A stretch of DNA of 64,000 nucleotides, taken from the NCBI GenBank assembly GCA_964016885.1, contig OZ024742.1:6386001-6450000 (forward strand), in the 5' to 3' direction. Source of the stretch: Eledone cirrhosa (lineage: Eukaryota). Under the pieces are notes generated by a model. It had not been told where the DNA came from and ran no database searches. It saw only the letters and a list, made by a program, of their open reading frames with translations. This document shows, piece after piece, positions 53,354 through 64,000 of this stretch. The translations under genes and the position numbers were made by a program. How positions within the stretch are numbered: position 1 is the stretch's first letter; each line of letters begins with the position of its first letter.

Positions 53354-53829
53354 TGTAACGAAGGGTATTAGTGATTGGTAACGAAAGTATTAGTAGTGGT
53401 TGTTAGATGAAATAACAAGAATGGCTGATTTACTTTATATATATAAAGGTTTACTTCACTTCAGTCAAAAAGAACAATAAACAAGTTACCACGAGTTGCG
53501 AAGGTTGACAATGTTATTCTGTTGTTGGTTCATGAGGCTGGTGTAGTCTGAGACCAAGAGAGAGAGAGAGAGTAATGGTCTGTGGTTGACTGTAGCCCTC
53601 AGCGGCCTGTAGTAGATGGTGAATCTTTACATAGCTTGTCTATAGAGTATGGTGCCGATCTCTCTGTGTAAAACGTGGGAAAATACAGGCTGTATATACC
53701 TGTCGCTTTCTGTCTCCTACCTCCAGGGATCGCCCACGCATGAACCTGTCCACGCCGAAAAGGATGGTGACCTAGAATTTGACTTCTAGGTGTCACCCAA
53801 GGTTCAAGGAGTGGACAGATTTCGCTACA
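53354..53829. mobile_element. Solo LTR (476 bp), probably Gypsy/Ty3-type
   Basis: 5'-TGTAACGAA...TTCGCTACA-3' (TG..CA, 8/9 inverted termini) flanked by 4-bp direct repeat AGAC at 53350-53353 and 53830-53833. Confidence 0.8.
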
Positions 53830-54137
53830 AGACCACCTTATAGTTTGCTAATCTTGCAGACAAAACAGCGTGGAAACTGGTCATGGTATACGGCTGTAAT
53901 AAATGTTCTTTCGGGGAGATCATAGGCCTGTGTGATAAGGTTGTATCACATTTTGAGGTTTTCAATTCATTTAAGAAAGGTAAGACACAACAGCTTTAGT
54001 GACATTAACACTTTCGCTCTCATGGTGAATCTCACACGAAAGACGATGTTTAAATGTTAAATGCTACACCCTTCACGGCAACTAAAATTGTTGAACGCTC
54101 CACCCAATGTTAGTGTGAGGGAAGACATTCAACCTGT

Positions 54138-57100
54138 GATATTTAACATAGTTCCTTGTTCTAGGAGTTAGAGGGTTAACAAAGGCCGTTTAGTGATCTT
54201 TAACGTAGTTTCTTACCCTAAGAGTTAGAGGGTTAACCAGAGCAATTTAGTGATCTATAACATGATTTCTTACCCTAGTAGTTAGAGGGTTAACCAGAGC
54301 AGTTTAGTGATCTATAACATGGTTTCTTAGCCTAGTAGTTAGAGGGTTAACTACAGCAGTTTAGTGATCTATAACATAGTTTCTTACCCTAGTAGTTAGA
54401 GGGCTAACCAGAGCAGTTTAGTGATCTATAACATAGTTTCTTACCCTAGTAGTTAGAGAGTTAACCAGAGCAGTTTAGTGATCTATGACATAGTTTCTTA
54501 CCCTAGTAGTTAGAGGGTTAACCAGAGCAGTTTAGTGATCTATAACATGGTTTCTTACCCTAGTAGTTAGAGGGTTAACCAAAGCAGTTTAGTGATCTAT
54601 AACATAGTTCCTTACCCTAGTAGTTAGAGGGTTAACCAGAGCAGTTTAGTGATCTATAACATAGTTTCTTACCCTAGTTGTTAGAGGGTTAACCAGAGCA
54701 GTTTAGTGATATATAACATAGTTCCTTACCCGAGTAGTTACAGGGTTAACCAGAGCAGTTTAGTGATCTATAACATAGTTCCTTACCCTAGTAGTTAGAG
54801 GGTTAACCAAAGCAGTTTAGTGATCTATAACATGGTTTCTTACCCTAGTAGTTAGAGGGTTAACCAGAGCAGTTTAGTGATCTATAACATAGTTTCTTAG
54901 CCTAGTAATTAGAGGGTTAACCAGAGCAGTTTAGTGATCTATAACATAGTTTCTTAGCCTAGAAGTTAGAGGGTTAACCAGAGCAGTTTAGTGATCCACA
55001 ACATAGTTCCTTATCCTAGTAGTTAGAGGGTTAACCAGAGCAGTTTAGTGATCCACAACATAGTTCTTTACCCTAGTAGTTAGAGGGTTCACCAGAGCAG
55101 TTTAGTGATATATGACATAGTTCCTTACCCTAGTAGTTAGAAAGTTAACCACAGCAGTTTAGTGATATATAATATAGTTTCTTACCCTAGTAGTTAGAGG
55201 GTTAAGCAGAGCAGTTTAGAGATCTATAACATAGTTTCTTACCCTAGTAGTTAGAGGGTTAACCAGGGCAGTTTAGTGATCTATAACATAGTTCCTTAAC
55301 CTAGTAGTTAGAGGGTTACCTAGAGCAGTTTAGTGATCTATAACATAGTTCCTGACCCTAGAAGTTAGTGGGTTAACCAGAGCAGTTTAGTGATATATAA
55401 CATAGTTTCTTACCCTAGTAGTTAGAGGGTTAACCAGAGCAGTTTAGTGATCTATAACATAGTTTCTTACCCTAGTAGTTAGAGGGTTAACTAGAGCAGT
55501 TTAGTGATCTATAACATTGTTTCTTACCCTAGTAGTTAGATGGTTAACCAGAGCAGTTTAGTGATCTATAACATAGTTTCTTAGCCTAGTAGTTAGAGGG
55601 TTAACCTGAGCAGTTCAGTGATCTATAACATAGTTTCTTAGCCTAGTAGTTAGAGGGTTAACCAGAGCAGTTTAGTGATCTATAACATATATCTTTACCC
55701 TAGTAGTTAGAGGGTTAACCAGAGCAGTTTAGTGATGTATAACATATTTCTTTACCCTAGTAGTTAGAGGGTTAACCAGAGCAGTTTAGTGATCTATAAC
55801 ATAGTTCCTTAACATAGTAGTTAGAGGGTTAACCAGAGCAGTTTAGTGATATATAACATAGTTCCGTACCCTAGAAGTTATAGGGTTAACCAAAGCAGTC
55901 TAGTGATCTATAACAAAGTTTCTTACCCTAGTAGTTAGAGGGTTAACCAGAGCAGTTTAGTGATCTATAACATGGTTTCTTACCCTAGTAGTTAGAGGGT
56001 TAACCAGAGCAGTTTAGTGATGTATAACATAGTTCCTTAGCCTAGTAGTTAGAGGGTTAATCAAAGCAGTTTAGTGATTTATAACATGGTTTCTTACCTA
56101 GGAGTTAGAGGGTTAACCAGAGCAGTTTAATGATCTATAACATAGTTCCTTTCCCTACTAGTTAGAGGGTTAATCAAAGCAGTTCAGTGATTTATAACAT
56201 GGTTTCTTACCCTAGTAGTTAGAGGGTTAAACAGAGCAGTTTAGTGATATACAACATAGTTCCTTACCCTAGTAGATAGAGGGTTAAGCAGAGCAGTTTA
56301 GTGATATATAACATAGTTCCTTACCCTAGTAGTTAGAGGGTTAACCAGTACAGTTTAGTGATCTATAACATAGTTTCTTAGCCTAGTAGTTAGAGGTTTA
56401 ACCAGAGCAGTTTAGTGATCCACAACATAGTTCCTTTTCCTAGTAGTTAGAGGGTTAACCAGAGCAGTTTAGTGATCTATGACGTAGTTTCTTACCCTAG
56501 TAGTTAGAGGGTTAACCAGAGCAGTTTAGTGATCTATGACATAGTTACTTACCCTAGTAGTTAGAGGGTTAACCAGAGCAGTTTAGTGATCTATAACATA
56601 GTTTCTTACCCTAGTAGTTAGAGGGTTAACCAGAGCAGTTTAGTGATATATAACATAGTTCCTTACCCGAGTAGTTACAGGGTTAACCAGAGCAGTTTAG
56701 TGATCTATAACATAGTTCCTTACCCTAGTAGTTAGAGGGTTAACCAAAGCAGTTTAGTGATCTATAACATGGTTTCTTACCCTAGTAGTTAGAGGGTTAA
56801 CCAGAGCAGTTTAGTGATCTATAACATAGTTTCTTAGCCTAGTAATTAGAGGGTTAACCAGAGCAGTTTAGTGATCTATAACATAGTTTCTTAGCCTAGA
56901 AGTTAGAGGGTTAACCAGAGCAGTTTAGTGATCCACAACATAGTTCCTTATCCTAGTAGTTAGAGGGTTAACCAGAGCAGTTTAGTGATCCACAACATAG
57001 TTCTTTACCCTAGTAGTTAGAGGGTTCACCAGAGCAGTTTAGTGATATATGACATAGTTCCTTACCCTAGTAGTTAAAAAGTTAACCACAGCAGTTTAGT

Positions 57101-60100
57101 GATATATAATATAGTTTCTTACCCTAGTAGTTAGAGGGTTAAGCAGAGCAGTTTAGAGATCTATAACATAGTTTCTTACCCTAGTAGTTAGAGGGTTAAC
57201 CAGGGCAGTTTAGTGATCTATAACATAGTTCCTTAACCTAGTAGTTAGAGGGTTACCTAGAGCAGTTTAGTGATCTATAACATAGTTCCTGACCCTAGAA
57301 GTTAGTGGGTTAACCAGAGCAGTTTAGTGATATATAACATAGTTTCTTACCCTAGTAGTTAGAGGGTTAACCAGAGCAGTTTAGTGATCTATAACATAGT
57401 TTCTTACCCTAGTAGTTAGAGGGTTAACTAGAGCAGTTTAGTGATCTATAACATTGTTTCTTACCCTAGTAGTTAGATGGTTAACCAGAGCAGTTTAGTG
57501 ATCTATAACATAGTTTCTTAGCCTAGTAGTTAGAGGGTTAACCTGAGCAGTTCAGTGATCTATAACATAGTTTCTTAGCCTAGTAGTTAGAGGGTTAACC
57601 AGAGCAGTTTAGTGATCTATAACATATATCTTTACCCTAGTAGTTAGAGGGTTAACCAGAGCAGTTTAGTGATGTATAACATATTTCTTTACCCTAGTAG
57701 TTAGAGGGTTAACCAGAGCAGTTTAGTGATCTATAACATAGTTCCTTAACATAGTAGTTAGAGGGTTAACCAGAGCAGTTTAGTGATATATAACATAGTT
57801 CCGTACCCTAGAAGTTAGAGGGTTAACCAAAGCAGTCTAGTGATCTATAACAAAGTTTCTTAGCCTAGTAGTTCGAGGGTTAACCAGAGCAGTTTAGTGA
57901 TCTATAACATGGTTTCTTACCCTAGTAGTTAGAGGGTTAACCAGAGCAGTTTAGTGATGTATAACATAGTTCCTTAGCCTAGTAGTTAGAGGGTTAATCA
58001 AAGCAGTTTAGTGATTTATAACATGGTTTCTTACCTAGGAGTTAGAGGGTTAACCAGAGCAGTTTAATGATCTATAACATAGTTCCTTTCCCTACTAGTT
58101 AGAGGGTTAATCAAAGCAGTTCAGTGATTTATAACATGGTTTCTTACCCTAGTAGTTAGAGGGTTAAACAGAGCAGTTTAGTGATATACAACATAGTTCC
58201 TTACCCTAGTAGATAGAGGGTTAAGCAGAGCAGTTTAGTGATATATAACATAGTTCCTTACCCTAGTAGTTAGAGGGTTAACCAGTACAGTTTAGTGATC
58301 TATAACATAGTTTCTTAGCCTAGTAGTTAGAGGTTTAACCAGAGCAGTTTAGTGATCCACAACATAGTTCCTTTTCCTAGTAGTTAGAGGGTTAACCAGA
58401 GCAGTTTAGTGATCTATGACATAGTTTCTTACCCTAGTAGTTAGAGGGTTAACCAGAGCAGTTTAGTGATCTATGACATAGTTACTTACCCTAGTAGTTA
58501 GAGGGTTAACCAGAGCAGTTTAGTGATCTATAACATAGTTTCTTACCCTAGTAGTTAGAGGGTTAACCAGAGCAGTTTAGTGATCTATAACATGGTTTCT
58601 TAACAAAGTAGTTAGAGGGTTAACCAGAGCAGTTTAGTGATCTATAACATAGTTTCTTACCCTAGTAGTTAGAGGGTTAACCAGAGCAGTTTAGTGATCT
58701 ATAACATAGTTTCTTACCCTAGTAGTTAGAGGGTTAACCAGAGCAGTTTAGTGATCTATGACATAGTTTCTTACCCTAGTAGTTAGAGGCTTAACCAGAG
58801 CAGTTTAGTGATCTATGACATAGTTTCTTAGCCTAGTAATTAGAGGGTTAACCAGAGCAGTTTAGTGATCTATAACATAGTTTCTTAGCCTAGAAGTTAG
58901 AGGGTTAAGCAGAGCAGTTTAGTGATCCACAACATAGTTCCTTATCCTAGTAGTTAGAGGGTTAACCAGAGCAGTTTAGTGATCCACAACATAGTTCTTT
59001 ACCCTAGTAGTTAGAGGGTTCACCAGAGCAGTTTAGTGATATATGACATAGTTCCTTACCCTAGTAGTTAGAGAGTTAACCACAGCCGTTTAGTGATATA
59101 TAACATAGTTTCTTACCCTAGTAGTTAGAGGGTTAACCAGAGCAGTTTAGTGATCTATAACATAGTTCCTTACCCTAGTAGTTAGAGGGTTACCTAGAGC
59201 AGTTTAGTGATCTATAACATAGTTCCTGACCCTAGAAGTTAGTGGGTTAACCAGAGCAGTTTAGTGATATATAACATAGTTTCTTACCCTAGTAGTTAGA
59301 GGGTTAACCAGAGCAGTTTAGTGATCTATAACATAGTTTCTTACCCTAGTAGTTAGAGGGTTAAGCAGAGCAGTTTAGTGATATGTAACATAGTTTCTTA
59401 GACTTGTAGTTAGAGGGTTAACCAGAGCAGTTTAGTCATATATAACATAGTTCCTTACCCTAGTAGTTAGAGGGTTAACCAGAGCAGTTTAGTGATATAT
59501 AACATAGTGCCTTACCCTAGAAGTTAGAGGGTTCACCAGAGCAGTCTAGTGATCTATGACATAGTTTCTTAGCCTAGAAGTTAGAGGGTTAACCAGAGCA
59601 GTTTAGTGATCCACAACATAGTTCCTTATCCTAGTAGTTAGAGGGTTAACCAGAGCAGTTTAGTGATCCACAACATAGTTCTTTACCCTAGTAGTTAGAG
59701 GGTTCACCAGAGCAGTTTAGTGATATATGACATAGTTCCTTACCCTAGTAGTTAGAAAGTTAACCACAGCAGTTTAGTGATATATAACATAGTTTCTTAC
59801 CCTAGTAGTTAGAGGGTTAAGCAGAGCAGTTTAGAGATCTATAACATAGTTTCTTACCCTAGTAGTTAGAGGGTTAACCAGGGCAGTTTAGTGATCTATA
59901 ACATAGTTCCTTAACCTAGTAGTTAGAGGGTTACCTAGAGCAGTTTAGTGATCTATAACATAGTTCCTGACCCTAGAAGTTAGTGGGTTAACCAGAGCAG
60001 TTTAGTGATATATAACATAGTTTCTTACCCTAGTAGTTAGAGGGTTAACCAGAGCAGTTTAGTGATCTATAACATAGTTTCTTACCCTAGTAGTTAGAGG

Positions 60101-63100
60101 GTTAACTAGAGCAGTTTAGTGATCTATAACATTGTTTCTTACCCTAGTAGTTAGATGGTTAACCAGAGCAGTTTAGTGATCTATAACATAGTTTCTTAGC
60201 CTAGTAGTTAGAGGGTTAACCTGAGCAGTTCAGTGATCTATAACATAGTTTCTTAGCCTAGTAGTTAGAGGGTTAACCAGAGCAGTTTAGTGATCTATAA
60301 CATATATCTTTACCCTAGTAGTTAGAGGGTTAACCAGAGCAGTTTAGTGATGTATAACATATTTCTTTAACCTAGTAGTTAGAGGGTTAACCAGAGCAGT
60401 TTAATGATCTATAACATATTTCTTTACCCTATTAGTTAGAGGGTTAACCAGAGCAGTTTAGTGATCTATAACATAGTTCCTTAACATAGTAGTTAGAGGG
60501 TTAACTAGAGCAGTTTAGTGATCTATAACATAGTTCCTTAACCTAGTAGTTAGAGGGTTAACCAGAGCAGTTTAGTGATCTATAACATAGTTCCTTACCC
60601 TAGTAATTAGAGGGTTAACCAGAGCAGTTTAGTGATCTATAACATGGTTTCTTACCCTAGTAGGTAGAGGGTTAACCAGAGCTGTTTAGTGATCTATAAC
60701 ATGGTTTCTTACCCTAGTAGGTAGAGGGTTAACCAGAGCATTTTAGTGATCTATAACATACTTCCTTACCCTAGTAGTTAGAGGGTTACCCCGTGGAGTT
60801 TAGTGATCTATAACATAGTTTCTTACCCTAGTAGTTAGAGGGTTAAGCAGTGCAGTTTAGTGATATGTAACATAGTTTCTTAGACTTGTAGTTAGAGGGT
60901 TAACCAGAGCAGTTTAGTCATATATAACATAGTTCCTTACCCTAGTAGTTAGAGGGTTAACCAGAGCAGTTTAGTGATATATAACATAGTTCCGTACCCT
61001 AGAAGTTAGAGGGTTAACCAAAGCAGTCTAGTGATCTATAACAAAGTTTCTTAGCCTAGTAGTTCGAGGGTTAACCAGAGCAGTTTAGTGATCTATAACA
61101 TGGTTTCTTACCCTAGTAGTTAGAGGGTTAACCAGAGCAGTTTAGTGATGTATAACATAGTTCCTTAGCCTAGTAGTTAGAGGGTTAATCAAAGCAGTTT
61201 AGTGATTTATAACATGGTTTCTTACCTAGGAGTTAGAGGGTTAACCAGAGCAGTTTAATGATCTATAACATAGTTCCTTTCCCTACTAGTTAGAGGGTTA
61301 ATCAAAGCAGTTCAGTGATTTATAACATGGTTTCTTACCCTAGTAGTTAGAGGGTTAAACAGAGCAGTTTAGTTATATATAACATAGTTCCTTACCCTAG
61401 TAGATAGAGGGTTAAGCAGAGCAGTTTAGTGATATATAACATAGTTCCTTACCCTAGTAGTTAGAGGGTTAACCAGTACAGTTTAGTGATCTATAACATA
61501 GTTTCTTAGCCTAGTAGTTAGAGGTTTAACCAGAGCAGTTTAGTGATCCACAACATAGTTCCTTTTCCTAGTAGTTAGAGGGTTAACCAGAGCAGTTTAG
61601 TGATCTATGACATAGTTTCTTACCCTAGTAGTTAGAGGGTTAACCAGAGCAGTTTAGTGATCTATGACATAGTTACTTACCCTAGTAGTTAGAGGGTTAA
61701 CCAGAGCAGTTTAGTGATCTATAACATAGTTTCTTACCCTAGTAGTTAGAGGGTTAACCAGAGCAGTTTAGTGATCTATAACATGGTTTCTTAACAAAGT
61801 AGTTAGAGGGTTAACCAGAGCAGTTTAGTGATCTATAACATAGTTTCTTACCCTAGTAGTTAGAGGGTTAACCAGAGCAGTTTAGTGATCTATAACATAG
61901 TTTCTTACCCTAGTAGTTAGAGGGTTAACCAGAGCAGTTTAGTGATCTATGACATAGTTTCTTACCCTAGTAGTTAGAGGCTTAACCAGAGCAGTTTAGT
62001 GATCTATAACATAGTTTCTTAGCCTAGTAATTAGAGGGTTAACCAGAGCAGTTTAGTGATCTATAACATAGTTTCTTAGCCTAGAAGTTAGAGGGTTAAC
62101 CAGAGCAGTTTAGTGATCCACAACATAGTTCCTTATCCTAGTAGTTAGAGGGTTAACCAGAGCAGTTTAGTGATCCACAACATAGTTCTTTACCCTAGTA
62201 GTTAGAGGGTTCAGCAGAGCAGTTTAGTGATATATGACATAGTTCCTTACCCTAGTAGTTAGAGAGTTAACCACAGCCGTTTAGTGATATATAACATAGT
62301 TTCTTACCCTAGTAGTTAGAGGGTTAACCAGAGCAGTTTAGTGATCTATAACATAGTTCCTTAACCTAGTAGTTAGAGGGTTACCTAGAGCAGTTTAGTG
62401 ATCTATAACATAGTTCCTGACCCTAGAAGTTAGTGGGTTAACCAGAGCAGTTTAGTGATATATAACATAGTTTCTTACCCTAGTAGTTAGAGGGTTAACC
62501 AGAGCAGTTTAGTGATCTATAACATAGTTTCTTACCCTAGTAGTTAGAGGGTTAAGCAGAGCAGTTTAGTGATATGTAACATAGTTTCTTAGACTTGTAG
62601 TTAGAGGGTTAACCAGAGCAGTTTAGTCATATATAACATAGTTCCTTACCCTAGTAGTTAGAGGGTTAACCAGAGCAGTTTAGTGATATATAACATAGTT
62701 CCTTACCCTAGAAGTTAGAGGGTTCACCAGAGCAGTCTAGTGATCTATAACAAAGTTTCTTAGCCTAGTAGTTCGAGGGTTAACCAGAGCAGTTTAGTGA
62801 TGTATAACATAGTTCCTTAGCCTAGTAGTTAGAGGGTTAATCAAAGCAGTTCAGTGATTTATAACATGGTTTCTTACCTAGGAGTTAGAGGGTTAACCAG
62901 AGCAGTTTAGTGATCTATAACATAGTTCCTTTCCCTACTAGTTAGAGGGTTAATCAAAGCAGTTCAGTGATTTATAACATGGTTTCTTACCCTAGTAGTT
63001 AGAGGGTTAAGCAGAGCAGTTTAGTGATATATAACATAGTTCGTTACCCTAGTAGTTAGAGGGTTAACCAGTACAGTTTAGTGATCTATAACATAGTTTC

Positions 63101-64000
63101 TTAGCCTAGTAGTTAGAGGTTTAACCAGAGCAGTTTAGTGATCCACAACATAGTTCCTTTTCATAGTAGTTAGAGGGTTAACCAGAGCAGTTTAGTGATC
63201 TATGACATAGTTTCTTACCCTAGTAGTTAGAGGGTTAACCAGAGCAGTTTAGTGATATATAACATAGTTACTTACCCTAGTAGTTAGAGGGTTAACCAGA
63301 GCAGTTTAGTGATCTATAACATAGTTTCTTACCCTAGTAGTTAGAGGGTTAACCAGAGCAGTTTAGTGATCTATAACATGATTTCTTACCCTAGTAGTTA
63401 GAGGGTTAACCAGAGCAGTTTAGTGATCTATAACATGGTTTCTTAGCCTAGTAGTTAGAGGGTTAACCACAGCAGTTTAGTGATCTATGACATAGTTTCT
63501 TACCCTAATAGTTGGAGGGTTAACCAGAGCAGTTTAGTGATCTATAACATAGTTTCTTACCCTAGTAGTTAGCGGGTTAACCAGAGCAGTTTAGTGATAT
63601 ATAACATAGTTCCTTACCCGAGTAGTTACAGGGTTAACCAGAGCAGTTTAGTGATCTATAACATAGTTCCTTACCCTAGTAGTTAGAGGGTTAACCAAAG
63701 CAGTTTAGTGATCTATAACATGGTTTCTTAGCCTAGTAATTAGAGGGTTAACCAGAGCAGTTTAGTGATCTATAACATAGTTTCTTAGCCTAGTAGTTAG
63801 ATGGTTAACCAGAGCAGTTTAGTGATATATAACATAGTTTCTTACCCTAGTAGTTAGAGGGTTAAGAAGAGCAGTTTAGTGATCTATAACATAGTTTCTT
63901 ACCCTAGTAGTTAGAGGGTTAACCAGGGCAGTTTAGTGATCTATAACATAGTTCCTGACCCTAGAAGTTAGTGGGTTAACCAGAGCAGTTTAGTGATATA
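54138..64000. repeat. 57-bp tandem satellite (CCCTAGTAGTTAGAGGGTTAACCAGAGCAGTTTAGTGATCTATAACATAGTTTCTTA), ~173 units, 34-mer higher-order repeat; runs off the right edge
   Basis: 57-bp period; marker GACCCTAGAAGTTAGTGGG at 55354, 57291, 59228 (spacing 1937 = 34x57-1). Confidence 0.98.

Noticed and set aside
54138-64000. True telomeric repeat
   Set aside because: No tandem TTAGGG; only one degenerate motif per 57-bp unit

Overview
Eukaryotic, heterochromatin-like window with no intact host gene. The SINE family and (TA)n-rich background suggest an Octopus/cephalopod genome (recognised from memory, not searched). About 46 of 64 kb is three unrelated tandem arrays: a 40-bp satellite (1-25040), a 10-bp A-rich satellite (32384-43270) and a 57-bp satellite (54138-64000), each with higher-order structure. 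Between them lie a full-length but frameshifted L1/Tx1-type LINE (minus strand, ~44110-49952), a decayed hAT (Charlie/Buster-type) transposase, RTE-type LINE fragments, several tRNA-derived SINEs, a 476-bp solo LTR with a 4-bp TSD, and three long inverted repeats. The repeat at 50940-51788 is a Penelope-like element relic with a hammerhead-ribozyme core on each arm and a GIY-YIG endonuclease-like C-terminus in its spacer. The repeat at 29908-31317 has weaker hammerhead-like cores and is probably of the same kind. The 40-bp satellite appears to have arisen inside a SINE. Possible decayed macrodomain exons lie at 27.7-29.3 kb. The giant minus-strand ORFs and the repeated 68-aa ORFs are artefacts of the satellites.
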